A stretch of DNA of 64,000 nt from Squalus acanthias (taxonomy: Eukaryota), in assembly GCA_030390025.1 (NCBI GenBank), contig CM059432.1, positions 123,692,001 to 123,756,000 on the forward strand, read 5' to 3'. The position numbers and the translations under genes are program-made. Positions 48,029 through 61,273 of this stretch are shown here, piece by piece; the first letter of the stretch is position 1; every line of letters begins with the position of its first letter. The notes under the pieces are model-generated. The model made no database searches and was not told the DNA's origin. It saw nothing but the letters and a program-made list of their open reading frames with translations.

Positions 48029-49039
48029 ACCTGTTTCAGGCATGGGCACTGCATGCCGATTGCTTTGGCCTTTTTCTAGCTCGTAATGAGTGTGCGCTTT
48101 CTGCCCGCCATATTGGAGGCTTCGGTGGCCATTTAGTGTACGAAAAATAGGCGCTGCGCATCAGACTTTCTAGGCCTGAGTGTGTTTGTATGACATTTGT
48201 CTGTCCACTATTTTGATAGAGGAATCCATACGTCTGCTATATTATTTCCTGCAATAATTTCTAGCTTAATGCCTGCAAAACTCTCCTGCCAAAACACAGC
48301 GGAAAAGACAGAACCCAAATCACGGGTTAATAAAATATCCATTTGCCGAACATTCTTAATGATGAATTCACAAATTAAAGCTTAAAAACACATTCAATTT
48401 AAATCATCCTCTAATTTGATAATTAACACCCTGTAAGATATATATGAAAGGAAAAGCTTAGAGCAAATCCCCTTCTAAAAGGGAGCGCACACTTAATTCA
48501 TTGCTCCCATTGCAATCTCTGCTCCATAACAAAAGAGGTCAGCTCTCTTTGTGGAGGGAGTAACCATACAGAGTGGAAGAGAATAAAACCAATGCACAAA
48601 AATAAGCACCACAATAATAAGGCATCAAAACTGATTACTTTCAGTAGGTTTACAATCCTAGTCTACAAACTGATCATTTAAGAGTGTTTCAGGAACAGGA
48701 AAAGGCCATTGAGCCCAACAACAATCAAAACAGCATGAATATGTTTAGAGATGGAAACCCTTGGCAAACATAATTAACATTTTCTCATCCAATGGAAATC
48801 ATTTTAAATATAACTCTCCTAATTGATCGAGCTTACTTAATAAAGTAATGTCGAACCTAGAGCCTATAGTAATGCATCATAAACAGCAATTAATCAGGAG
48901 GAAGCACCCTCTAACAGATTATCAACATCAATTGTTCTAATTCACCAGAGCTGTCCTACAGCAGAATTAACATTAAAATAGATTGCTAGGCCATGGACAA
49001 CACTACAATGCATCGGGAACTCTGCGTTACTCCAATTCT

Positions 49040-49327
49040 GGCTTCCTGTGCAACCCGATTTCCTTCGCCCCTCCATTGGTGGCCGTGCCTTCAGCTGTCT
49101 AGGCCCGAAGCTCTGGAATTCCCTCCCTATACTTCTCTGCCACCCGACTGCTCTCTCCTCCTTTAAGCCGCTCCTTAACACCTGCCTCTTCAACCAAGCT
49201 TTTGGTCACCTGCCTAATATTTGCTTATGTGGCTCGGTGTCAAACTTTGTATGATAACGCTCCTGTGAAGTGCCTTGGGATGTTTTACTTTGTTAAAGGT
49301 GCTATATAAATGCAATTTGTTGTTGTT
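49040..49327 (+). mobile_element. L2-type LINE 3' end
   Basis: IGGRAFSCLGPKLWNSLP with a (TTG)n tail. Confidence 0.85.
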
Positions 49328-50505
49328 AGAACATAAGAACATAAGAAATAGGTGCAGGAGTAGGCCATTTGGCCCTTCGAGCCTGCTCCGCCATTCAATA
49401 AGATCATGGCTGATCTTCTACCTCAACTCCACTTTCCTGCACTATCCCCATAACCCTTGATTCCCTTAACATCCAAAAATCTATCGATCTCTGTCTTGAA
49501 TATACTCAACGTCTGAGCCTCCACAGCCCTCTGGGGTAGAGAATTCCAAAGATTCACCACCCTCTGAGTGAAGAAATTTCTCCTCATCTCAGTCTTAAAT
49601 GGCCGACCCCTTATTCTGAGACTGTGACCCCTGGTTCTAGACTCCCCAGCCAGGGGAAACATCCTCCCTGCATCTACCCTGTCAAGCCCTGAAAGAATTT
49701 TGTATGTTTCAATGAGATCACCTCTCATTCTTCTAAACTCTAGAGATTATAGGCCTAGTCTACTCAGTCCGTCCTCATAGAACAATCTCCCCATCCTAGG
49801 AACCAGTCTGGTGAACCTTCGTTGCACTCCCTCTATGGCAAGTATATCCTTCCTTAGGTAAGGAGACCAAAACCGTACACAATACTCCAGGTGTGGTCTC
49901 ACCAGGGCCCTATATAATTGCAGTAAGATGTCTTTACTCTTATACTCAAATCCTCTTGTAATAAAGGCCAATATACCATGTGCTTTCCTAATTGCTTGCT
50001 GTACCTGCATGTTAACTTTCAGTGATTCGTGTACAAGGACACCCAGGTCCCTCTGAACACCAACATTTCCCAATCTCTCACCATTTAAAAAATACTCTGC
50101 TTTTCTATTTTTCCTACCAAAGTGGATAACTTCACATTTCTCCACTTTATATTCCATTTGCCATGTTCTTGCCCACTCACTTAGCCTGTCTATATCCCCT
50201 TGAAGCCTCCTTGCATCCTCCTCACAAATTTCATTCCCACCCAGATTTGTATCATCAGCAAACTTGAATATATTACATTTGGTCCCCTCATCCAAATCAT
50301 TGATATAGATTGTGGATAGCTGAGGCCCAAGCACTGATCCTTGCGGTACCCCACTAGTTACAGCCTGCCAACCCGAAAATGACCCGTTTATTCCTACTCT
50401 CAGTTTTCTGTCCATTAACCAATCCTCAATCCTTGCTAGTATATTACCCCCAATCACATGAGCCCTAATTTTGTTTAATAACCTCTTGTGTGGCACCTTA
50501 TCGAA
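49328..50505 (-). mobile_element. CR1 LINE RT-to-tail fragment
   Basis: FDKVPH, GVPQGSVLGP, KFADDT and RPHLEYC motifs. Tail at 49328-49348. Confidence 0.95.
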
Positions 50506-51169
50506 TGTTGTTGTTGTAATCCCTGCCAATCACAACTAACATTTAAATGTGAAAAAATGATTTCTAAATTAAGCTGACAATAAAACAGCACCCAGTCCAG
50601 TTTTTAACTTATTCAGTGAAGTTTTATGCAGCATCCTAATCCATCTGACAGGAGTCATGGGCTTTAGTCATCAAAAGTACTGCATCCTCACACTCAGAAG
50701 CCAGCCAGAGTATATTGATTGGGAAATGATGGGAGTACTTCCTCTTCCAAGTGAAGAGAACTTGTTTTATGCGGTGACAGCAAAAGCAGAGGATAAATTC
50801 TCTTTTTAAGAGAAGCTACTTAGTGGCCGTGGGCACAGTGAAAGCTCAAGATGAAGGTGGGCTGTGTAAAAATGCTGTATTTAACCCACAAACTCTTAAT
50901 ATCATGAAACCTCTGACAGTGCACAAACAATGCTGGAGATAAACACACATAAATAAGGACATAAGAAAGCACAGGATGAGGAAAGGTCATTTGAACCACC
51001 AAGAACATTCCTTCTTCGGGCCATGTACAGTTTGCCTACTGGAACAGTGCTGAGGGACTGGGCTGTAGGAACGGGGAGTTGGGACTCATGCCATCCTGGG
51101 GAAGGGGAGGTAAAGTTAGATATATAAAGCAAAAGTCACAAGGTTCTGGGAAGAGTGAGAATGAGTCCT

Positions 51170-52205
51170 ATATAGAACCATAGGAGTTTGCAGTATAGAA
51201 CGAGGCCTTTCAGTTCATCATGTCTGTGCCAGCTCTTTGCTAGATTACATAGAACTGCAGCTTGGAAACAGGTCATTTGTCCCAACTGGTCTATGCCAGT
51301 GTTTATGCTCCACATGAGACTCCTCCCTCTTCATCTAACCCTATCAGCATATCCTTCTATTCCTTTCTCCCTCATGTGCTTATCTAGATTCCCCTTAAAT
51401 GCATCTATGTTAGTCACCTCAACTACTCCCTGTGGTAGCGAGTTCCACATTCTTACCACTCTTTGGGTAAAGAAGTTTCTCCCGAATTCCCTACTGGATT
51501 TATTGGTGACTATCTTACATTTATGGCCTCAAGTTTTGGTCTCCCCACAAGTGGAAACATCTTCTCTATGTCTACCTTATCAAACCCTTTCAGAATTTTA
51601 AAGACCTCTATTTGGTCACCCCTCAGCTTTCTCAAAATAGGTCCCAAAACGATTCTTCTGTTGTGCGTTCACGCCATAGCCTTGCATCTTTCTCTGCTTT
51701 AAATATCTATCCAAATTTCCCTTAAAAGAAGCAACCATTCCAGATGACAAAGCATTCCATGCTCCAACAAGCCTCTGTGTAAACACGTTTAACCACTCGC
51801 CTCATTCTTTTAGTGACAATTCTAAATTGATAGCCCTTTGTCACTGATTCCCCAACCAGAGCAAAATATTTTCCTCGATGCATTCTAACAGAACTCTTCA
51901 TAAGTTAAAAAAATCTCTATTACATCTCTTCTAAGCCTTCTCTGCCCAAATGAAAATAGTCCTATTATCTCAAGTCTCTTCTCATAACTACAGTTTACTG
52001 TCCTTGGCATCATCCTGATGATTCCACTTTTCACCCATTCTGTGGTTTTAATGTCCTTTCTATAATTGGGTGTATAAAATTGCACACAGTACTCTAACTG
52101 TGGCCTAAGCAATGTTATGTATGAATTCCTCATTACTTCTTCACTCTTGTACTCTATTCACCTTTTTTTATAAAACCCAAAATTTTATTGACCTTTTTAA
52201 TGGGT
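51170..52205 (-). mobile_element. Cluster of CR1 3' fragments
   Basis: RPQLEYCVQF, RRLR.D.IE.F and NFFTQRVV remnants plus CR1 tails. Confidence 0.8.
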
Positions 52206-52948
52206 TTATCTCCCTGGGCTCGGAATTTTGCCCTAGGGGTCTCCGTTCATCACACCCTTCAATGTCTTTCCATATACAGTCATATTTGAACTTTGAATGG
52301 AAGAAGTTGAAAACACTGTTATCTGGTGCTTACGAGGGTCTTCACACTCTACTCTGCTTATTTAATGCCCATTAGCTCAGGGGTCCTCTATCCCATTGTG
52401 TTTCCTTTTCAGGTATAAATGCAGCAGGCCACCACAAGCCAGTGTAGTCCTGTCCATAGGTTTGGCTCAGGGTTTGAAAGACTTCCACGGTTCCTCTGTT
52501 TGGTTTATGTCTATGCTTGGAGGTCAGCAGCCCCCATGAGATCTCCTGCTGCATGAATGGGTCCAGGTGGCCTTATCTGGAGCACCGTGGAGCAGCCATA
52601 CCACTGGGATGACCCTCCATGGTGTAATGACCCATTGGCCAGTTTGCAGGATCAGAAATAATATCAGGTCTGAGAATGCTGGTTGATCTCATTTAGACTT
52701 GGGCAGCTACTTCACTGTGAAGTGCAGGCATGACATATTGGGTCTATGTTAGCTGTTTAAGGACCATCACAGATTATTTAAGGTGTAAGCATGCTCACTA
52801 CACCATGGCACAACATCATCGCTATTAGTGATCCTAAAGTGTGAAATCTACTTATGGTTCTTCCCCCCTCCTCTCTCTCTCCTTTAACCCCACTCACACT
52901 TCTTTTTTCTTTCTTTGTCATGTCTTTATTGTCACTACGTAAGTTCAG

Positions 52949-54344
52949 AGGGAAAATTTTAACCCCCAAAAATGGGTGGGTTGATGTTGGGTGGGACGTT
53001 AAAGTGTTAAAAATCTGAATCCCAACCGCCCGGTTTTAATGGAGGTGGGATGGGGGGGCGGGCAGCCAACCTGCTCCCAGGAGGCGGGTTGGCACTTTAA
53101 ATATAATAATGAGGCTGCATACTTCATATTGAAGCTCCATCTTAAATTTAACCGTGGGCAGTCGGGTTTCCCAGGCCACGGGAAACCCGGCAGCTAAAGG
53201 AATGCGAGGCATGCTGGATCCAGGAGGTAAGTGTCTTTCCACTTAACTGCTGGATCCAGCATCCATGCCTGGCTAACCCCCCGGCGCCCGCGATCGGACA
53301 TCCCCCGACCCTTCCAACCTCGCCTTGATCTCCCCCCCCCACTCACCCCAAGGCCTCCAATCTTGTCCTCGGCCTCTGATATTCCCCCCCCCCCTCGGCC
53401 TACAATAACCCCTCTGGCCTCCGATCTCCCCCTCATACTGATCTCCGACCGCCCCCCCAATCTCTGACCCCCGATCCCGACCTTCTGACCCCCCAAGCCC
53501 TCCGACAATCCCTGGCTCCGACCCCATCCGATGATCCCTGGTCCCTGACCCCCTCTGACAATCCTGGCCCCTCCCCTCCGACAACCCTGGCCCCTCCCCC
53601 CTCCGACAATCCCCTCTGATGATCCCTGGCCTCTTCCCCCTCTGACAATTGCTAGCCCCTCCCCCTTCACCGATCCTGGCCCCCCCCCCCACCGAAGATC
53701 CCATCCGATGATCCTGGTCCCTCCCCCGCCGCTGATCCCTGGCCCCTCCCCCCTTCACCGATCCTGGCCCCCCCCCAAAGATCCCATCCGATGATACTGG
53801 CCCCTCTCCCCACCGCTGATCCCTGGCCCCTCCCCCTCCGATGATCCTGGCCCCTCCCCCCTCCGCTGATCCCTGGCCCCTTGCCTCTGATGATCCTGGC
53901 CCCTCCCCCCTCCACTGATCCCCGGCCCCTCCCCCTCTGACGATCCTGGCCCCTCCCCACTCCGCTGATCCCTGGCCTCTCCCCATCTGATGATCCTGGC
54001 CCCTCCCCACTCCGCTGATCCCTGGCCCCTTCCCCTCCGATGATCCTGGCTCCTCCCCACTCCGCTGATCCCTGGCCCCTCCCCCTCCGATGATCCTTGG
54101 CCTCGACCCCCTCCGCCGATCCCTAGCCCTGACCCCCCTCCAATGATCCTGGCCTTCCTCCTCTCTGCTCCCCAGGCCTACCCGCTCGATAGCCAGCCAG
54201 CCTCTCAATCTGGCTGGCTGCGGGCGGGAAACAGATAAAAATAATTTAAATCAGGCCCTGCCGTTAAATTTGGCAGGGTTTGAGGGACCCGTCCGCATTC
54301 CAGTCCTCCCGCTCCTTACCTGCCTCCAAGATAAAATTCCGGCC
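52949..54344. mobile_element. Harbinger-type MITE family C with expanded C-rich minisatellite
   Basis: Ends AGGGAAAATTTTAA / ATAAAATTCCGGCC, flanks CAG/GAG. Homologous to 22464-23402 in reverse. Confidence 0.75.
53480..54160. repeat. ~21-24-bp C-rich minisatellite (CCGATGATCCTGGCCCCTCCCCCT-like, alternating variants)
   Basis: Directly visible tandem units. The Gly-rich ORFs on the minus strand are artefacts. Confidence 0.92.
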
Positions 54345-55182
54345 GAGTTTCCTGCTTTTGTTACGTGTACACGTATAATTGACTGTCCTGTAATATGCTG
54401 ATATTTATTTACTCAAACATTCAATAAAAATATAAGAAGAAAGCCAGCAGCTTGAGTATCATTGTGCATCAGCTTTAGAGTGAGCATTGGCATATGGTGT
54501 CAGGATTGACATCTGCTGTCAGCACAAAAATGACCTAAAACTGGATAAAACAAACCCATAAAAAATGTTTTAAAAAATATCACATATCAAGGATTGATTT
54601 TAAGCCAATAATTTAATTTCATAGCTCAAGTGACGTTATAAACGACTTAAACTTTGCTGTCATAGTTTATGATTTCATCTGGACCCCTTGATGACTGCCT
54701 TGTGTTCATTCCCAGCTATCCACCATTCTTTACTTAACCTAATAGGTTTGTATAGACAGGGCTGTAAAAACCTTTTTCCTTGTGCTGAAAAGGTTTAGAA
54801 TGTTGACCAACACAATGTGCGATAAAAGCAACGTGACATCTCCATTGCCTGAATCGGGGCAGCAGTTCTAAGCTCAAATTGGATCTGCTCCTGTTTTTTA
54901 CCTTCCAGTTTTCGCCTCTTTTCCTGAGGCCAGCCATTCGTGACTTCATGGAGGCCGGAAACCCCCGGGGACCTCATCCAAGTACAAGCTTGGACAGTAA
55001 GAGCTGGCGAGCAATTGCAGCCCAGCCTGATTCTCTGTCGATGTGACATCAACACATATTTCCAGCTTGTTCGCTAGACTGCAATAAAGCGTGTGGGGAT
55101 GTGGTGGCATGGATCTCCGCCCCCTTTTTCCTGTATTTTCCATCTAGGGAATAGGTGATCCCTGGGCACTGACTCCAGCAAA

Positions 55183-55536
55183 ACATAGGATTAAATAGGA
55201 TTACATAGGATATACAGCCCAGAAACAGGCCATTCGGCCCAACCAGTCCATGCCGTGTTTATGCTCCACTCGAGCCTCCTCCCGTCTTTCCTCAGCTAAC
55301 TCTATCAGCATAACCCACATTCTGACCACTCTCTGGGTAAAGAAGTTTCTTCTGAATTCCCTATTTGATTTCTTGGTGCTATCTTATATTGATGGCCTCT
55401 AGTTTTGCTCTTCCCCACAAGTGGAAACATTCTCTCTGTATCTACTCTATCAAAACCTTTCATAATTTTAAAGACATCTATTAGGTCACCTCTCAGCCTT
55501 CTCTTTTCAAGAGAAAAGAGACCCAGCCTGTTCATC
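55183..55536 (-). mobile_element. CR1 3' fragment
   Basis: RLGLFSLEKRRLRGDLIDVFKIMKG plus tail. Confidence 0.88.
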
Positions 55537-57052
55537 AGTTTCCTCGAATTTAAATAAGTTAGTCGATCTCCCACAGCTTGACTCCCAAGGAGTCAAGGCT
55601 AAGTGTAGCCTTCAGATAAAGTGTGGTTAGAGATGGGGAATAATTGCACCAGGGTGCAATTCAGCCCCCATTTTAAAGCCATGCATTCTGTCCTCATTAT
55701 CAATTTCCATGTCCACATATAAAATAGAAACTGCCTTTGTGTAATTACATCTTCCAACCCATGGCTCCCCTGCAGCCACTAGTGGGAGGCTGTAATTACA
55801 GGCTGACAAATTTACGTGGGCAGTTTCTATTATAAATATGGAGATAGGAATTTACAGTGAAAAAAGTCAAAAAGAAGTGCCCGTAGGCACAAGGGCCAGA
55901 TTTTGCTGCAGCGAGGCATCTCGTGACGTGCCCCATCAGTTAGACTTCTTCGTGCATGTTTAGGCTATTCAATTTTTGCCCACATAGTTGCTGGAAGTGC
56001 GAGCTGATAACGGCGAGGGAAACCGGGCATCTCGGACCTGGGTTAATAATGGGACCAATAGTGTATCTCTTTAACCAATGAGATTTTAGGATTAAGAAAT
56101 TAAACAGAGGAAGGACTAAGAAGTAGGGTGAATTAGAGTGGGTGATTTCACTGTTAAATCAGGTACAGGAAGAGAAATAAAGGCCAGAATTTTCCGAGGG
56201 GTCAGCGGGCGGGATTGGTGGTGGGTCAGCTGTCATCCCGCCGCAACACGCCTTTCCCAATGGCGCGTCTCTGATCTTGGATCGGACCCGACCCGCAGCA
56301 GCGGGCGACCCAATTAAAGCAATTATTGACTTGTTGACAGACCCTCAATAATGGTTTTAACCTTACCTTTTAACTTTAACTGCTCGGCCACGGGGTCAAA
56401 GCTGATCGTGGACCACATCTGTTAACCTGAGGTGGGAGTTGAATGGTCATTGAAACAGCTGATTAGTTGATAATTTGAAAAGTACTATAAAAGCTCCCAC
56501 CTCACAGCTGTTCACTTTACAAGTGCAGAAGATGTTGCTTACTGCATTTGGAAGACAGCTTGAGCTTTATGCAGGTGGCAAGTGTTTGGAGTAAACTCTC
56601 CATCCAGTGCCATCTCATTGGAACAACCTCTCTCACCATTGACAGATCGCTTCTGTCATCTCAACTTCATCTGCCATCTATTCCATCAGCATGGGTACCA
56701 TTTAAACTGTTTCACCTTGGTCCTCAGAATCTGACCACAATCAACCACATCACCAGCAGCACCAGGCACACCAGCAGCACCAACAACACCAATCTTCTCT
56801 GCAATCACCTGATGCTGCACAGGACAGAGGTCATCAGCACCCGAGCATATTGCTGCCCGGGAGGTCAGGGATGGCCTCACCATGGCCAGATTTACTTCAC
56901 TTGACGTTGTACACCCTGGCTGCCACATGATGTGCCAGGTTGGCACCACCCCACACCAACACCATAAAACATCCCTACAATGTCCAAGCCATTCCTTTGA
57001 CACTTACCACCATTGCGGGGGGTACCGTTATGTCTCACCATTCACTACAAGT

Positions 57053-59257
57053 CATATGGGATACTTGCCTTCATTAGCCGAGGCATAGAATATAAGAGCA
57101 GGGAGGTTATGATGGAGCTGTACAAAATGCTAGTTAGGCCACAGCTGGAATACTGTGTGCAGTTCTGGTCACCACACTATAGGAAGGATGTGATTGCATT
57201 GGAGAGGATGCAGAGGAAATTCACCAGGATGTTACCTGGGCTGGAGCGCTTCAGCTATGAAGAGAGACTGGACAGGCTGGGGTTGTTTCCCTTAGAGCAG
57301 AGAAGGCTGAGGGGGGACCTGATTGAGGTGTACAAAATTATGAGGGGCATAGATAGGGTAGATAGAAAGGAACTTTTCCTCTTAGTTGTAGAATTCGCAA
57401 AATTATCGTGATTTTATAAAAATAAGAAGGAGACATAAAGTTTCGTATAAACAGCTTTATTTCAGCAGAATGCTGTCAGGTTTCAAAACGGACACAAACA
57501 GCCTGTAAAATGGCCGCCACGCCTCATGGCAGAAAGTTCTAGACTTTCAGTAGGCAGACAAGATGGCGTTCCAATAAACATTTGTGCAAGATCGAAAAGA
57601 TCCAACATGATGAGATAATGACAAGACGCGATGGGTTTACACTTTAAACATGAATACTGAAATCGGTCTCCCAGGTGCAAACAAGGGCTATTGTACTGAG
57701 CGATCAAGGACCCATCCAAAGACATTAATATGCAAAATCCCCACGACTCTACGATGAGAGAGCCGTTTGCGGGTACTCACAGCAAGCATTTGGAAGCCCC
57801 AAAACCCCTCCAGGGAGACTACTAGCCGGTTCCACAATGGGAGAAATATTAACGGGTACTCAGACAGTTACAAGTGTCACCGAAACCCATTAAAGACTGA
57901 GATCACCCCATACAAGAAGTTTGAGCGCCAAAACCCTGACAAAAGATAGACATTAAGATTGGGCGGGAAAAGAGGAATTACAGCACTATAACTGGAAGGT
58001 ACAACCGTCCATCTTTCTCTTGCTGCTTTGACTCGCTGGAAGGCTGCTGAACTTTTATTCTCTTGCCTGACGGCTCTGGACTCTGATCCGCTAGGAGCAA
58101 CCTCGTGGCTTGCCGCGAAGATCTGTGGAGAACTGGGCTGTGAGGCCTGGAAGCGGGCGCACCATCCCGAGAAGTCGGTAAACGGTGTTGGAACCGAAGG
58201 CCTGAGAGGAGATGAGATGAGATGAGATGAGATGAGAAGAGAAGAAGACGACAATACGTATCGCCACGGTCAGTAAGCCCCGACCGCGCCTGTAAGTCGA
58301 ATAAACACTTCTTTGAATTTTATCGGCTACTCCACAACTGGCCTAGGAAGACCCTTCTTCGAGTTCTATCGAACCGGTGTAGGGCACAGGAAGACTCTTT
58401 TTTGAGTAGTATCAGAACTCCGAGGGCAACACAGATCTTCATGACAGCAGACGGTCCAGCCTGCTAGCCGGAGCAGAAACGAGTAAACAAGTGGGGTACA
58501 GAGACCCCTGATCAACACGTGGATAGTCAGGCGCTGCGGTAAAAACATCCGAGCAGAGTTTCGGAATTCTCCGAGTTATCACGAGTGGTGAGCATGAGTC
58601 TCGATCCTACAAATCTAGATTAGGACAGGTATTGATAGGGGAGGGTTTAAGTTTTAAGGATAATTATAATGTGTGTCCCCTTTTACGATGTGTCGTGCGC
58701 TCCTCGTTTCCCTAAAATTAGTTTCATAACTGTGTGTAAGATTGTACTGTCGTTAATCTGTGCTTATGACATGTATCTCGTAATCTTGAATAATATGCAA
58801 TAAAGATTTTCCATTTCGCACTATTCAACCGGGTCTACCTGAGTCTTCTCTGCATTATTGCTCTCGCACCTAAGTCCAGTGTCAGAACCGTAAGGGCGAG
58901 TGGGTCGAACCACTCACAGGTGTCTAGTATTACCAGGCTGGCTGGAGACCAGAGCAGGCAACAAGGCCTAACCCTGCACTAGCACCCAGGCTAAGCACAG
59001 AGCCGCAGGTCACCCCTTACATAGTAGAGGGGTCAATAACCAGGGGGCATAGTTTCAAGGTAAGGGGCAGGAGGTTTAGAGGGGATTTGAGGAAATCTTT
59101 TTCACCTAGAGGGTGGTTGGAATCTGGAACTCGCCTGAAAGCGTGGTAGAGGCAGGAACCCTCACAACATTCAAGAAGCATTTAGATGAGCACTTGACGT
59201 GCGGACACGATGGGCCGAAGGGGCTCTTTCTGTGCTGTATAATTCTATGACTCTATG
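57053..59257 (+). mobile_element. CR1 3' fragment split by a solo LTR
   Basis: YGILAFISRGIEYKSREV...; ACTACAA on both flanks. The frame resumes at 59022. Confidence 0.9.
57387..59021 (+). mobile_element. Solo LTR, 1635 bp (LTR retrotransposon or ERV)
   Basis: TGTA...TACA termini and perfect 4-bp TSD TAGT inside CR1. No coding domain. AATAAA near 58300 and 58799; strand inferred from these signals. Confidence 0.82.
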
Positions 59258-59941
59258 ACTACAACTCACTAAGCCACTTCCAAAGGTGCACTCAAATCTG
59301 TTCAAGAACACAAAGTGTTGAAAATAAAAGTTTCAATGTTTGACACCACATTACCAGAAACTTTACATGTACCTTGGATAAAACAACCAAGTGCCTACCC
59401 TTGTGTATTGTTAGTTGATATGATTGCATTAGGATGAGGGTGAGTGTGAGGGGTGGCTACTGAGATGGGGAAGTGATAATGTAGATAGAGAGGGATGGGT
59501 GGAGGTTCAAGGTTAGTTGGTGTGAGTAAGGATGTGCAGGGGTAGGGTAGGGAAGGCAGAGTGATGGGGATGTGATGAGAGGCACAGGAGGATGAAGGTG
59601 AGTGTGGCTTTGTACTCATGTTTCCTGATCCAATGAGATCATTGAAAGGTTTGCACCACTGCACCCAGGTCCTCCTGACGACATCCCTGCTTGTGCCTTC
59701 CTCTGCAATGTGCAACCAGGCTGCTTGGTCTCCTGGGGAGGTCTCTTCCACCCATGGGAAGGGAAGAGGACCTCCGTGCGTGCTGTGACTCCCTCCACAA
59801 GCATATGGAGGGAGTCATGGGAGAACCTGGGTTCAGCCCTGCACCTCTGTGCAGTGCTTGCCAGTGTTTGCAGCACCTCAATGCTGTAGAACACTGACAG
59901 CACAAATGTTAAAAGTAAGGTGGCCATGGTCCCTTTAAGGA

Positions 59942-60598
59942 TTGTTACCTCCCAGTCGGGGAACACTTCAGCAGTCAAGGACATTCAGCCTCGGATCTGC
60001 GGGTAAGCGTTCTCCAAGGCAACCTTAGAAACACACGACAACGCAAAATCATCGAGCAGAAACTGATAGCCAAGTTCTGCACTCATGAAGACGGTCTCAA
60101 TCGGGATCTTGGGTTTATGTCACGATACATGACGTGATCCGGACTCGAGTCGTCGTTAGCTTGTTCACAGATGTGATTCCCAGTAAAAAAGTAAAAATTT
60201 TCCCAGTAAAAAAGTAAATTTTTTTTTAAAGCTTTTCGTTTTACATACAGACGGCAGCTTTTGACATGTTAGAACCCCTGCGACTTCACCTCATTGTCTC
60301 AGTTGTATCTTGCTATGTCTTTTGATGTGGTACCTTCCTGGCTGACTTAATTAACTTTATCACACCTCGGCAGATAGTCAGGATGATTTAATTTATTGGT
60401 CTGCAATTGTAAAGTACACATGCTTTTTTTTCCATCTATATATGCTCTGACGATTCTGTATCCAATTTACTTCACCTGAGGAAGGAGCGATAGTTCCGAA
60501 AGCTTGTGATTTCAAATAAAACTGTTGGACTATAACCTGGTGTTGTGCGACCTCTCAATTTTGTCCACCCCAGTCCAACACCGGCATCTCCGCATCAT
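59942..60598 (+). mobile_element. 3' fragment of the same Penelope-like family as 36988-38723
   Basis: Near-identical to about 38062-38723. Flanked by CCCTTTAAGGA (59931-59941, 60600-60610). Confidence 0.93.
60472..60509 (+). ncRNA. Minimal type I hammerhead ribozyme motif
   Basis: TCAC-CTGAGGA-A-GGAGC(GATA)GTTCC-GAAA-GCTT-GTGA. Differences from 38593-38635 are a shorter loop and one G-U pair. Confidence 0.83.
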
Positions 60599-61273
60599 GC
60601 CCTTTAAGGAAACCAGCTCAAGACGCATCATGAATGATGTCACCAGACCCGCTCCATCTAATTGGGCCGGGAAGCGCGCTGGGCGGGCTTAACAAGCCCC
60701 ATTGGGGTAAGTTCATTTCATGCAGCGCGATGGAGCCAGCAGCGGTGCCGCCAAGGTCAGCAAAATCTCAGCCAAAGAGAGGGAAAGACAGATTGGATTA
60801 AGAGAGAAAAAAGAGACAGAAAGGAAAAGTAAGAATTTTTTTTTTAATTTAAAATTTGACATTTTTAAAATCTCCTAAAACAATTCAGAACCTGAAGGAA
60901 TGAGACTCCACACTTATAATTGTTCACTTTCTGGGCAAGAGAGCTTCATTGACAGTCATTAACAATTATCATGTCATTAAAACGGGACTTATGCGATTAA
61001 TTACTAGACTTACTTTAATTTTAATGGGCAATTAATGTGCAAATGCTGCAACTTCATGAAAATCACGGGGAGGTGATTTTTGCAACCCTAATGGCGGAGC
61101 ATGGCAAATCGACCAGTAACTTAGTGATCCACAATTCACGGGGTCCCTCTTCCTTGCTACAAGTTGCTGGCCAATTTGCATATTAATAACAGTGTGTGTT
61201 GTTCAGACACTGTTATTTTTTTCAGCAGGATCTGAACAAAGTTTTTTAAATATATTATAGACATATATTCATT

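Larger units (their letters stand above)
56182..60773. mobile_element. Non-autonomous Harbinger derivative (same deletion as 15106-16845) with nested CR1, LTR and Penelope fragment
   Basis: Ends GGCCAGAATTTT / AAAATCTCAGCC, TSD AAA. Collinear with 15106-16845 after removing the inserts. Confidence 0.9.
55893..61238. mobile_element. Family B MITE hosting a nested stack
   Basis: Ends GGGCCAGATTTTGCTGCA / TTCAGCAGGATCTGAACA (degenerate). Sequence either side of 56182-60773 joins to match the reverse complement of about 6160-6210. Confidence 0.72.

Noticed and set aside
53194..54208. 311-aa Gly-rich ORF and overlapping ORFs
   Set aside because: Minisatellite artefact.
54902..55078. Minus-strand exon with good acceptor and donor
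   Set aside because: Stops occur in all three frames. At most it is a non-coding exon.
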